Part shown: positions 30,647-40,511 of the stretch, in pieces
Numbering within the stretch: the first letter of the stretch is position 1
How the letters are laid out: every line of letters begins with the position of its first letter
Source of the DNA: Terriglobia bacterium
GTDB taxonomy: Bacteria > Acidobacteriota > Terriglobia > JAJPHL01 > JAPKYU01
Assembly: GCA_965223005.1 (NCBI GenBank)
Contig: CBDCVK010000002.1
Location: 96,001 to 160,000, forward strand
Direction of reading: 5' to 3'
Length of the DNA: 64,000 nucleotides
The notes under the pieces: model-generated
Told to the model about the DNA's origin: nothing
The model's database searches: none
The model's input: the letters and a program-made list of their open reading frames with translations, nothing else
Made by a program: the position numbers and the translations under genes

Positions 30647-31242
30647 TTATTTGAGCCGATCGGATCCATCGGTCAGCCACGCCAAGTTGAACCGGGCGAA
30701 CGTTATCTTCCCGTAAGGGTGTTCCCGGCCACGCTCGTACAAGCATCCGATGGTATTGTCGGGAAGCACGGTCAATCCCGAGTAAGCGGACTGCACTTCG
30801 TTGAGCAACTTGCCCACTGGCCAGGTCTTGCCTTCGTCGTAGCTCATGCGCACCGTCATTTTGACCCGGTCGTCCTTGCTGGCGGGATCGGAGAACAGCA
30901 AGCGGTCTTTGTCGTGCGTCTTTGCGTGAGTGTAGCGGGCGTGAGTGTAGCGAAGGAAGCTGGCCTGGCAGGTCGGCTCAATCAGCGTCTCATCGAACTG
31001 GAGGTCGGTCCATGTCTGGCCGCCGTCCCGGCTCCGGGCGGTGGCGCGCTTGCCTCCTTTTTCGGGCTGATTTCCATCGTGCTCCCAGTAGTTGCGCATG
31101 TTCACGAGCAGCGATCCGTCGGCTGCTCCAGGAGCGGCCCCTCGGCCAGAAGCGGCCTCTCGGGAGGTAGGGCCCCGGCTGCTAGCAAAACTACCGCTGC
31201 CAAGACGATGCACCAACGAATCGCTTTTCTCATCCTGCTCAT
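30647..31242 (-). pseudogene. GH33 sialidase with a large internal out-of-frame deletion
   Basis: RBS + signal peptide MSRMRKAIRW...PLLEQ joins out of frame near 31125 to ADGSLLVNMRNY...SRDGGQTW...SAYS. Confidence 0.75.
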
Positions 31243-31370
31243 GAGCTCACCTTTCCGGTGCGCATACTTGATCAATTGAGAAACGGAGGTCTAGCGGTGG
31301 GCTTGTCTAGGGACCATGAAATCCAGAAAGGGCCTGACCCCAAGCGTCCGAGGTCTTGTGAAGCTGGCTT

Positions 31371-32837
31371 TTACGCCAGAACCGGTTTCACCACTTTGGC
31401 AGGCTCGACGCCGGTCAGCTTCGCCTCCAGCCCCTGGTGCCTGTAGGTGAACCGTTCGTGGTCAATGCCGAACAGGTGCAGGAGCGTCGCCTGGAAGTCG
31501 CGAACGTGGACGGGGTCCCTGACGATGTTGTAGGAGAAATCGTCCGTTTCGCCGTAGACGACTCCGCCCCTGATGCCGGCGCCTGCCATCCAGATGCTGA
31601 AGCAGCGCGGATGATGGTCGCGGCCGTAGTCGGTGAGCGTGAGCTTACCTTGGGAGTAGACCGTACGGCCGAACTCGCCGCCCCACACCACCAGCGTGTC
31701 GTCAAACAGGCCGCGCTCCTTCAGGTCCTGCACCAGCGCCCAGCAGGGCTGATCGACAGCCCTGCACTGGCCCGGCAGCACTTCAGGCACATTCCTGTGC
31801 ACGTCCCAACCGCGATGGTAGATCTGCACGAAACGCACGCCGCGTTCAATCAGCCGCCGCGCCATCAGTAAGCTATAGGCGACCGTACCCGCCTCCCGCG
31901 CATCTTCTCCATAGCGCTTGTAGGTGCTCTCCGGCTCGCTGGCAAGGTCACTCATCTCCGGCACCGACGCTTGCATCCGGAAGGCCATCTCGAACTGCTC
32001 GATCCGCGCCAGCGTCTCCGGATCACCGATCTTCTGGTGCTGGATTTGATTCAGCGCACTCAGACCATCCAGCATACGCCGCCGGATCTGCTGGGGAACT
32101 CCTTCGGGGTTCTTGACGTAGAGGACCGGGTCGGCGCCCGCGCGCAGAGCTACGCCCGCGTGCTCGGCCGAGAGGAAACCTGCGCTCCAAAGACGCGTCG
32201 AAATCGCCTGCACGGCCGCCTTGCGGTGGCCACGCTTCGCGTTCATCACCACGAACGTGGGCAAATCTCGGTTCATGCTGCCCAGACCGTAGGCGAGCCA
32301 GGAGCCGATGCAGGGAAGACCTGCGATCATCCGGCCGGTTTGGATAAACGTGATGGCCGGCTCGTGGTTGATCGCCTCGGTATGCATGGAACGAACGATC
32401 GCCATGTCATCGGCCATCTTAGCGATGTTCGGAAGAAGGTCCGAGATCCATGCACCGCTCTGGCCGTGCTGGTGAAATTCCCAGACCGGAGGGGCAATCG
32501 GGAAGCGTACTTGGCCGGAGGTCATGGTCGTCAGGCGCTGCCCCTTTCGAATCGAATCGGGCAGTTCCTTGCCGTACAAGTTCTTCAGGTTGGGCTTGTA
32601 GTCGAACAGGTCCATCTGCGGCGGCGCGCCCATGGTATGGAGATAGATCACCCGCTTGGCTTTGGGCGCGAAATGCGGCAAGTGAGGCAGTCCTCCGTAG
32701 GCCTCCGCCCCTTTCGAATCGCCTTTCGCCTCCTCGGCAACGAGGCTGGCCAACGCGAGCGCACCAAGCCACTGGCCGCCACGAGCGAAGAACTGCCGCC
32801 GGGTTTCGGTCAGAATGGCTTCTTTTGATGGATGCAT
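31371..32837 (-). CDS. DUF1501 family protein, copy B
   Basis: RRQFF; GWDVH, GEFGRT, GRDHH. Confidence 0.92.
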   Translation of the reverse strand: MHPSKEAILTETRRQFFARGGQWLGALALASLVAEEAKGDSKGAEAYGGLPHLPHFAPKAKRVIYLHTMGAPPQMDLFDYKPNLKNLYGKELPDSIRKGQRLTTMTSGQVRFPIAPPVWEFHQHGQSGAWISDLLPNIAKMADDMAIVRSMHTEAINHEPAITFIQTGRMIAGLPCIGSWLAYGLGSMNRDLPTFVVMNAKRGHRKAAVQAISTRLWSAGFLSAEHAGVALRAGADPVLYVKNPEGVPQQIRRRMLDGLSALNQIQHQKIGDPETLARIEQFEMAFRMQASVPEMSDLASEPESTYKRYGEDAREAGTVAYSLLMARRLIERGVRFVQIYHRGWDVHRNVPEVLPGQCRAVDQPCWALVQDLKERGLFDDTLVVWGGEFGRTVYSQGKLTLTDYGRDHHPRCFSIWMAGAGIRGGVVYGETDDFSYNIVRDPVHVRDFQATLLHLFGIDHERFTYRHQGLEAKLTGVEPAKVVKPVLA

Positions 32838-32948
32838 CTTGGATGCTCCCCTCCGCCTGCAACGCTACTTGTTCAAAACCCCGTCCACGGACCACGAAAT
32901 CCGGAAAGGATCTGACCCTAAGCGTCCGAGCAAATGTGAAGATGGTTC

Positions 32949-34415
32949 CTACGCCAGAATCGGTTTCACGACTTTGGCGGGCTCGACGCCGGTTAGCTTC
33001 GCCTCCAGCCCCTGGTGCCTGTAGGTGAACCGTTCGTGGTCAATGCCGAACAGGTGCAGGAGCGTCGCCTGAAAGTCGCGAACGTGGACCGGGTCCCTAA
33101 CGACGTTATAGGAGAAATCGTCCGTTTCGCCGTAGACGACTCCACCCTTGATACCGGCGCCAGCCATCCAGATGCTGAAGCAGCGCGGATGATGGTCGCG
33201 GCCGTAGTCGGTGGGCGTGAGCTTACCCTGGGAGTAGACCGTACGGCCGAACTCGCCGCCCCACACCACCAGCGTGTCGTCAAACAGGCCGCGTTCCTTC
33301 AGGTCCTGCACCAGCGCCCAGCAGGCCTGGTCCACATCCTGGCACTGGCGCGGCAGCACCTGGGGCGCAAGCTTGTGCACGTCCCAACCGCGATGGTAGA
33401 TCTGCACGAAACGCACGCCGCGTTCAATCAGCCGCCGCGCCATCAGTAAGCTATAGGCGACCGTACCCGCCTCCCGCGCGTCTTCTCCATAGCGCTTGTA
33501 GGTACTCTCCGGCTCGCTGGCGAGATCACTCATCTCCGGCACCGACGCTTGCATCCGGAAGGCCATCTCGAATTGCTCGATCCGCGCCAGCGTCTCCGGA
33601 TCACCGATCTTCTGGTGCTGGATTTGATTCAGCGCACTCAGACCATCCAGCATACGCCGCCGGATCTGCTGGGGAACTCCATCGGGATTCTTGACGTAGA
33701 GGACCGGGTCGGCGCCCGCGCGCAGAGCTACGCCTGCGTGCTCGGCCGAGAGGAAACCTGCGCTCCAAAGACGCGTCGAGATCGCCTGCACGTTCGCCCT
33801 CGGGTGACTATGTTTCGCGTTCATTACCACGAACGTGGGCAAATCCCGGTTCATGCTGCCCAGACCGTAGGCGAGCCAGGAGCCGATGCAGGGAAGACCC
33901 GCGATCATCCGGCCGGTTTGGATAAACGTGATGGCCGGCTCGTGGTTGATCGCCTCGGTGTGCATGGAACGAACGATCGCCATGTCATCGGCCATCTTTC
34001 CGATGTTCGGCAGAAGGTCGGAGATCCATGCGCCGCTCTGGCCGTGCTGGTGAAATTCCCAGACCGGAGGGGCAATCGGGAAGCGCGCCTGGCCGGCGGT
34101 CATGGTTGTCAGGCGCTGGCCCTGCCGAATCGAATCGGGCAGCTCCTTGCCGTACAAGCCCTTCAGCTTGGGCTTGTAGTCGAACAGGTCCATCTGCGGC
34201 GGCGCACCCATGGTATGGAGATAGATCACCCGCTTGGCTTTGGGCGCGAAATGCGGCAAGTGGGGCAATCCTCCGTAGGCCTCCGCCCCTTTCGGACTGC
34301 CTTTCGCCTCCTCGGCAACGAGGCTGGCCAGCGCGAGCGCACCAAGCCACTGGCCGCCGCGAGCGAAGAACTGCCGCCGGGTTTCGGTCAGAATGGCTTC
34401 TTTCGATGGATGCAT
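32949..34415 (-). CDS. DUF1501 family protein, copy A
   Basis: Same motifs; 26 of 488 residues differ from copy B (counted by eye). Confidence 0.92.
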   Translation of the reverse strand: MHPSKEAILTETRRQFFARGGQWLGALALASLVAEEAKGSPKGAEAYGGLPHLPHFAPKAKRVIYLHTMGAPPQMDLFDYKPKLKGLYGKELPDSIRQGQRLTTMTAGQARFPIAPPVWEFHQHGQSGAWISDLLPNIGKMADDMAIVRSMHTEAINHEPAITFIQTGRMIAGLPCIGSWLAYGLGSMNRDLPTFVVMNAKHSHPRANVQAISTRLWSAGFLSAEHAGVALRAGADPVLYVKNPDGVPQQIRRRMLDGLSALNQIQHQKIGDPETLARIEQFEMAFRMQASVPEMSDLASEPESTYKRYGEDAREAGTVAYSLLMARRLIERGVRFVQIYHRGWDVHKLAPQVLPRQCQDVDQACWALVQDLKERGLFDDTLVVWGGEFGRTVYSQGKLTPTDYGRDHHPRCFSIWMAGAGIKGGVVYGETDDFSYNVVRDPVHVRDFQATLLHLFGIDHERFTYRHQGLEAKLTGVEPAKVVKPILA

Positions 34416-34442
34416 CTTGGATGTTCCCCTCCGCCTGCCGCC

Positions 34443-37400
34443 TTACTTGTTCAAAACCTCGTCCAGATTCATGATCTGGTTGGCCAGCATGGTCAAAGCC
34501 GCAGACTCCACCTGGGGCAGTGCCTGGTCCGGCTCGGATTCCCCGGTGGCCAGCAGCTTCCCAGCGTCCCCGCGATTCTCTCGGTAGTAGCCCAGGAAAT
34601 CCTCATACGCACGCCGCGCCACCACCCGCTCATCTTCTTCGAGCCTGCGGGCCAGCAGGCGCAGCGTCATATAGTCGAGCTGGCTGTCAAAGTCGTCGCC
34701 AGCCTCCTCGAGCGTCTTCTGGGCCAGATAGCGTGAAGCCTCGACAAACTGCGTATCGTTCATCGTCAAAAGCGCCTGTAGAGGCGTGTTCGTTCGCTCC
34801 CGCCGCACCGTGCAGTTCTCCCGTGTGGGAGCGTTAAAAGTCACCATAGATGCCGGTGGAGCGGACCTTTTCCAGAAGGTATAGAGGCTGCGGCGGTAGA
34901 GCTTGTCGCCATGATCCTGCTTGTAATTGTACGTGTTGCTCTGCGGCATCGCCACCGTTTCCCAAACACCCTCAGGCTGATAAGGTTTCACACTCGGCCC
35001 ACCGATCGCAGGGACCAGCAGACCGCTGGCCGCCAGCGCATAATCGCGCACTATCTCGGCGTCCATGCGGAACCGTGGCCCTCGGGAGAGAAGCCGGTTC
35101 TCTAGGTCTTTTGCCAGCTTCCCTTCAGTGGTGGCCGCCGACTGTCGGTAGGTGGCCGAAGTCACGATCAAGCGGAAGAAGTCCTTGACGTTCCAGCCCG
35201 AGTCTCGGAACTCGGTCGCCAGCCAGTCGAGCAACTCGGGATGAGACGGCCGCTCACCTTGAGAGCCGAAATCGTCAGAGGTTTTCACGATGCCCGTACC
35301 GAAGACCTCCTGCCAGAAGCGATTGACGACAACGCGCGGGGTCAACGGATTCGAGTCGTCCACAAGCCACTTCGCCAGGCCAAGCCGATTGCGGGGCAGG
35401 GAAGCCGGCATCGGCGGCAAAGCCGCTGGGGTGGTCGGCTCGACGCGGTCCTGAGGCCGGTCGTACATGCCGCGATAGAGGACGTGGGCAAACGGCGCGG
35501 CGTCGCTGCGCTCATGCATCACGTGCGTGATGCCGCCGCGGCGCCGCACTTCCCGCTGCTCGAGCTTGAGTTCGTTCAACCGTGCCGCAAGCTGGTGGGA
35601 ATCCTCATCTTTACGCCTGAGGTTAAGATGATAGAGACGCAGGGCCGCCCGCTCGTCTTGAGTCAGCTCGCTGACTTTCTTCTTCCTCGCCCGTTGCAAT
35701 GCAGGCCAAAGCGAGACCAGCCGGGCTTGCTCGACTGTGATCGCGCGGTTGAAGATCCGAAAGTCCGAAAGGGCCCCGTCGTCGAAATACCAGGTGTCCG
35801 CGTCATTCTCCTGGCTGACGTGCTTCCCCAACAGGATCGGCTGGCTGGTGCGGATGTTGCCCTTGAGCTTCCCAAAGTACTCGCTACCCCGCGTGAGGAT
35901 GCGCCTCCCATTCAGGTAGTAGTTCAGCCCGGCGGTCTCCCCACTGCCGTCATAGCTCACCGCCACGTGGTTCCAGGTCCCGCCCTTCATCTGCTGTAAA
36001 TGGTCCGGTCCGAGCCTGATGGACTCGCCGTCATCGCTCACCATCTTGAACACAGCTATGTGTCTACTGATGTTGAGGGACCAACCACGCCACTTATCCT
36101 CGGGGTCCGCTTGGCTGGCTACATTGAATCCCCCGTCTTCTTTGGGGTGATAGACCCAGACAGTGAGAGAGAAGGGCCGGTCCGAGTCGAGGTGTTCGAT
36201 GTTGGGCAACTCACTCCAGGTCTCCCCGGCGAATCGCAGCGCTCTGAGGTCTTCGTCCGGCCCAGCGCCCACGCTGATGCCTTCCGGCAGGTCGATCTCG
36301 ACCTTGCGGTCTGGTAAGTTCACGGCGACGCCGTCGCCGAGCGAAAGTGTCAAGACCTCGGAGGACTTCTCCAGAGGCGCCTCTATAGAGCGATACTCCC
36401 CGCTCGCGAGCCACGCTTCGAACTTGTCGTCCGCCGAGGAGTCCAACGCTTGCATGCGGCTCGCGACTTGCGCCACTTCGCGCTTTAGCTCCTCCCAACG
36501 GCGCGTCTCTTCCGGGCGCGGAACCACGACGATCGGCGGCGGGTGGGAGACGTTGCCATCCAATGCGTACTGTGTGGTGTTCCGGAAGAAGGCCGTCATC
36601 GAATAGAAGTCCTTCGTGGAGATCGGATCAAACTTGTGGTCGTGGCAGGTGGCGCAGGCGACGGTCAAACCCAGCCACACGGTGCCGGTCGTATCCGCGC
36701 GATCTTTGGCATAAATGGCTTCCACTTCCTTGAGGATCACCCCCCCTTCGTCGGTGGTGACATTGCAGCGATGGAAGCCGGTGGCGACGCGCTGTTCCAG
36801 CGTGGGATTCTGCAGAAGATCCCCCGCGAGCTGCTCGATCGTGAAGCGGTCGAACGGCAAGTTCCGGTTGAAGGCGTTGATCACCCAATCGCGGTAGGGC
36901 CACATTTCACGGTAGTTGTCGATGTGCAGCCCGTGAGTATCGGCGTAGCGGGCCGCTTCGAGCCAGTAGCGCCCACGGTGCTCCCCCCAATGGGAGGAAT
37001 CGAGCAGTTCCTGGACCAGCCTCTCGTACGCGTCCTCGGCGCTATCATTCACAAAGGCTTCGATTTGTTCTGGGCTCGGGGGAAGACCCGTGAGGTCGAG
37101 TGAGAGGCGGCGAATCAACGTGCGGCGGTCTGCCTCGGGAGCCGGCTCAAGGCCCTCAGCCTCCAGCCGGGCCAGGATGAGCCGGTCAATCCCGTTGCGG
37201 ACCCACGGCTCGTTCTTGACAACCGCTGGGTCAGGCCGCTTTAGCGTCCGAAACGACCAGTGCTGATCCCAAGAAGCGCCCTGTTCAATCCAGCGCTTCA
37301 GGATATCGATCTGCTCGGCGGTCAGCTCCTTTTTTGAGAAGACCGGAGGCATGCGCTTGGCGGGGTCCTTGGCCGTAATGCGCTGGTAGAGGAGACTCGC

Positions 37401-37661
37401 CTGCAGGTCTCCGGCAACCACCGGCGCGCTGTCATCGTGTGGGGCAAAAGCACCCTCCCGGGTGTCTAGCCGCACGTCCGCCATACGCGTCTTGCTGTCC
37501 GGGCCATGGCACTGAAAGCAGTTGTCTGAGAGAATCGGACGCACGTCTCGCTGGAAGTCGACCGATTCCGCAGACTTTGGCGTGGCCGGCGAGGCCGCAA
37601 AAAGGGTCGACAGCAGCAGCGAAGCGACCAAAGCGTAACTCGTCACTCGAAACCAACGCAT
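34443..37661 (-). CDS. Planctomycete cytochrome c + DUF1549 + LamG-like + DUF1553 protein
   Basis: CFQCHG, CATCHDHKFDP, WNHVAVSYDG (LamG), RRSLYTFWKR. Confidence 0.92.
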   Translation of the reverse strand: MRWFRVTSYALVASLLLSTLFAASPATPKSAESVDFQRDVRPILSDNCFQCHGPDSKTRMADVRLDTREGAFAPHDDSAPVVAGDLQASLLYQRITAKDPAKRMPPVFSKKELTAEQIDILKRWIEQGASWDQHWSFRTLKRPDPAVVKNEPWVRNGIDRLILARLEAEGLEPAPEADRRTLIRRLSLDLTGLPPSPEQIEAFVNDSAEDAYERLVQELLDSSHWGEHRGRYWLEAARYADTHGLHIDNYREMWPYRDWVINAFNRNLPFDRFTIEQLAGDLLQNPTLEQRVATGFHRCNVTTDEGGVILKEVEAIYAKDRADTTGTVWLGLTVACATCHDHKFDPISTKDFYSMTAFFRNTTQYALDGNVSHPPPIVVVPRPEETRRWEELKREVAQVASRMQALDSSADDKFEAWLASGEYRSIEAPLEKSSEVLTLSLGDGVAVNLPDRKVEIDLPEGISVGAGPDEDLRALRFAGETWSELPNIEHLDSDRPFSLTVWVYHPKEDGGFNVASQADPEDKWRGWSLNISRHIAVFKMVSDDGESIRLGPDHLQQMKGGTWNHVAVSYDGSGETAGLNYYLNGRRILTRGSEYFGKLKGNIRTSQPILLGKHVSQENDADTWYFDDGALSDFRIFNRAITVEQARLVSLWPALQRARKKKVSELTQDERAALRLYHLNLRRKDEDSHQLAARLNELKLEQREVRRRGGITHVMHERSDAAPFAHVLYRGMYDRPQDRVEPTTPAALPPMPASLPRNRLGLAKWLVDDSNPLTPRVVVNRFWQEVFGTGIVKTSDDFGSQGERPSHPELLDWLATEFRDSGWNVKDFFRLIVTSATYRQSAATTEGKLAKDLENRLLSRGPRFRMDAEIVRDYALAASGLLVPAIGGPSVKPYQPEGVWETVAMPQSNTYNYKQDHGDKLYRRSLYTFWKRSAPPASMVTFNAPTRENCTVRRERTNTPLQALLTMNDTQFVEASRYLAQKTLEEAGDDFDSQLDYMTLRLLARRLEEDERVVARRAYEDFLGYYRENRGDAGKLLATGESEPDQALPQVESAALTMLANQIMNLDEVLNK

Positions 37662-37793
37662 CAGCTTGTCCTCAGTAGACTAATTGTGGGGAAGAAGGTC
37701 TTCACAAACACCGGTTGGGCTGATGTATCCACTCCAGCCTCCACGCCACAGTCTAGATGTGCCCCTAAGTACTGTCAAGCGCTCCGGGAGCCT

Positions 37794-37843
37794 GGTAGTG
37801 GGTCAGTTGCCGAGCAGGGCGTTTATACAGACAAGTGGACTAG
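37794..37843 (+). repeat. Terminal-repeat-like motif, copy A
   Basis: GGTAGTGGGTCAGTTGCCGA...GCGTTTATACAGACAAGTGGACTAG, similar to 43696-43738 and 48630-48670. Confidence 0.75.
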
Positions 37844-37979
37844 TTCCGAGTGGGCCGTCAACCATCGAAACTGGCGATGCGGCCGGTATGGCCTTCGAGA
37901 CATGGCGGGACTGATTCTCCAAACCGGAGGCTAATCCTGCAAGTCTTAGCAACTCAACTTCGGCGGTGATCCTCCAGGA

Positions 37980-38078
37980 GGCTAACGGCGCAAATCAGCC
38001 GCCGCCGAGCGAGCTGTGGCGAGCGAGGTACCAAACCGCGGCGCGGTTTGGCGGTCGGAGTGCATTTGCTTGTTAGGC
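37980..38078 (-). mobile_element. Integron attC site (no integrase in window)
   Basis: Minus strand GCCTAAC...GTTAGCC, 99 bp; L-box pairing GCAAAT[G]CA/TGATTTGC with an extrahelical G; GC-rich central hairpin. Confidence 0.78.
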
Positions 38079-38185
38079 ACGCCATATTGGGCGTCGCAAT
38101 TGTGTGTGCGTTCCGGCATTGGCGGGTACTGACATATTCAAGAGAACATGATCTTCAGCTCAGGTTCACCCTTTGGCTCTCCCTA

Positions 38186-39139
38186 TCATGACGCCCTGAG
38201 CAAGTAGCATACAGAACAGGGATAGACTTCCCCGGGAGCTGTAGCTTCCGCAAGAACTTCATACCGGCTTCTACCCAACCAACCATCGAATGTCGACTTT
38301 CGAACAAGAGAAATGTGGCTATCCCAATCGTCAGATCCAAAAGGATAGACAATCGCAACAAGACCACCGGGACGCACTACACGGGCCATCTCCAGTAGGG
38401 CGAGTCTAGGTTCCAAAATATGTTCCAGGACGTCGAAACTTAGAATAATATCGAACCAGTTCTCGGGAAAGTCCAGGCTCCTGGAATCCATAATCGCATA
38501 TCTTTCGCCTTCCTTACTCGTTTCATTGCACCAATGCACCATTGGTTCGGAGATGTCTATTCCGATTCGCTCTTGAGCGTCGGTAAATAGACGCAGAGTA
38601 CCTCCCATGCCGCTGCCTACATCTAGTATTCGAGACTTTGAAAGCCCGAGCCCCATAGAGTTCGCAAGAGCTTGGATCTGGCGGACAAAGAAGATACGTC
38701 TTGCCGCTACGTTCTCGACCCACAGGTGCGACAGGTAGATTGAACTCGAGTAGTACTGTTCCGACCCAAGTTGCTCCAGGAGAATCTCCTTCTTGGACAT
38801 GCACAGCCAATCATTAAGAAATACGTCTGCAGGCTGATAATGCAACTGTGTGCATAGTCGCGCCAACTGAAATCCGGCCATAGAAACATAGGAGTCTAGA
38901 TACTCCGAATATAAGAAAAGATTCGTAAGAAACCATTCAAAGGATCTTGTCGCTGAGCGGAGTGCCGCAACATCTACGGTCAAGTTATGTCGGACCAATT
39001 CCTTCTCGAAACGACCGGTCATGAGAAATATCAGCCTCCCATTGCGTTCCTCCCCAGATATGAAGGATTTCGCCAAATCAGAGGCGTCTAAGGCCCTCAA
39101 TACGGAAAACGTCTTCCAGTAGTCCGCCCGTATCCCCAT
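38186..39139 (-). CDS. Class I SAM-dependent methyltransferase, probable cassette gene
   Basis: ILDVGSGMG, GIDIS, FDII..FDVLEHI, RVVRPGG; visibly lower GC; attC downstream in the same orientation. Confidence 0.85.
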   Translation of the reverse strand: MGIRADYWKTFSVLRALDASDLAKSFISGEERNGRLIFLMTGRFEKELVRHNLTVDVAALRSATRSFEWFLTNLFLYSEYLDSYVSMAGFQLARLCTQLHYQPADVFLNDWLCMSKKEILLEQLGSEQYYSSSIYLSHLWVENVAARRIFFVRQIQALANSMGLGLSKSRILDVGSGMGGTLRLFTDAQERIGIDISEPMVHWCNETSKEGERYAIMDSRSLDFPENWFDIILSFDVLEHILEPRLALLEMARVVRPGGLVAIVYPFGSDDWDSHISLVRKSTFDGWLGRSRYEVLAEATAPGEVYPCSVCYLLRAS

Positions 39140-39250
39140 CGGCGTGTGTAATTTTAGCTCATATTCAGCTCATATGGTGAACCGCTATTTTTCCTGCATG
39201 ACAGATGTATATCCGACTTCTCTATTCGCCGACAGAAGACAGGCAAAGGG

Positions 39251-39321
39251 GTAGCCCACGCTCATGCTTCCCTGCCCAGCTTCTCCAGGATGCGGTAGTG
39301 CCCGAGCGGCCGGTCGACCAT
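39251..39321 (-). pseudogene. N-terminal remnant of a Ser/Thr protein kinase
   Basis: RBS + MVDRPLGHYRILEKLG, then a frameshifted relic of GGMGVVY. Confidence 0.65.
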
Positions 39322-39458
39322 GGGCAAGAAGCCTCCCTCTTGGGGGCCATGCTGCGCCGCGCCCTCAGCTAAGTCAACGCGGCGACCGGGCCAATCGCCC
39401 CGGTGGTCTTCCGCTGCTGTACTGGTGGAGTCCAAGCGGCACGAGATACACCGCCCTG

Positions 39459-39686
39459 TCACCAACAATGCCGGATAGATTGCCCCTCGCCGGTGCGGGG
39501 ATTGCGGCCGATGCCTGTTTTGCACGGCTTCACGTTGAAGACACCAAAGCCACGTAACTCGATCCGATTGCCACGCCCCAGGGCCTTTTTCGTGCTTTCA
39601 AACACGGTTTCGACGGCCTGCTCCGCCCTGGTCTTGGCGATGCCGGTGCGGTTTACCACCTCGTTCACGATGTCGAGCTTGATCAA
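39459..39686 (-). pseudogene. HU/IHF-family DNA-binding protein, C-terminally truncated
   Basis: IELRGFGVF...GRNPRTGE; terminal arm strand and FKPGK-type helix missing. Confidence 0.8.
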
Positions 39687-39803
39687 GCGCGTTCCTCCGC
39701 TCGCGGTCTTTCAGTATCAGGAGCGGTTCCAGGCTTGTCAACGGCGGCAGCGCAATCCAGCCATGTCAGTGGGCGTGACGGGAGGCGAGGGAGCTAGGAG
39801 GAG

Positions 39804-40175
39804 TCAATAGCTCACCTCACTCGAATCGGCCGTACATTCCGGCGGAAACGTAACTCCCCACAGATCTTTCACCTCGCGCAGTTCCACGCCGAGTTCAAAA
39901 TTACCGCTGTCGCTCCGATTACTGTTGCACCAAACCACTCTGCCTGTCCCGCTTTGCTTCTCCGAGGGGAGCACGGTGACCGTAACTTCCTGATTCACAT
40001 CCAAGGGCCGCTTGCACTCGATTTTGGCGCCGTACTTACCCACCACAACCGTATGCGCAGCTAGGCCCCGAAAAGTGCCTTTCTCATCCTTGATTCGCAG
40101 TTGTACCGCAAGACGCAGGGGAACGCGGCCACTCTCTCGTGCTCCCAAGAAGTTGTCTGGGGCCATATCGGCCAT
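39804..40175 (-). CDS. PilZ-like domain protein
   Basis: RESGR (RxxxR), GAKI, GRVVW, GVEL...LWGVTFPP. Confidence 0.75.
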   Translation of the reverse strand: MADMAPDNFLGARESGRVPLRLAVQLRIKDEKGTFRGLAAHTVVVGKYGAKIECKRPLDVNQEVTVTVLPSEKQSGTGRVVWCNSNRSDSGNFELGVELREVKDLWGVTFPPECTADSSEVSY

Positions 40176-40440
40176 TTGAGCATGAATCCTTTTGCTCTGT
40201 CGGTAAGAAGTGGCGGGGAGAATCAATCTAGGAACGCCCGGAAGTCGCACAGCGTCGCCCGCTGACGCTCAAGGAGTCTAACGCAAACCTGCCTGCGCCG
40301 CAAAGTCCAAACGCAGGTATAAGTTGCGGGGCGCCGCAATGAAATAACCAGCAGCCTTGCGGGATCATGGGTAAACGCTAGCCCGTTTGTGGGACTATAC
40401 GCCTTGGGCGCGAGGCCCACTTCCCCGAAGGGAATCCAGG

Positions 40441-40511
40441 CACTTGTCCGGTTAGCGCGTTATACGGCCAAGTGGGCTGCGTGGCGGCATAGGTAAACGC
40501 CTACCGACTAG
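40441..40511 (+). repeat. Partial terminal-repeat motif (copy D) plus GGCTGCGTGGCrGCATAGGTAAA motif, ending in CTAG
   Basis: CACTTGTCCGGTTAGCGCGTTATACGGCCAAGTG matches the reverse complement of 43644-43677; second motif recurs at 43738-43760. Confidence 0.75.

Larger units (their letters stand above)
31311..34465. repeat. Tandem duplication, period 1578 bp (31311-32888 / 32889-34465)
   Basis: Both units carry the same downstream spacer, the DUF1501 gene and the last codons (VLNK*) of the PSD1 gene. Confidence 0.92.

Noticed and set aside
31371-34415. DUF1501 copies as template/variable repeats of a diversity-generating retroelement
   Set aside because: Substitutions in the variable patch are not adenine-specific (gtg/gcg, ggc/cgc, ccc/gcc) and no reverse transcriptase is present.
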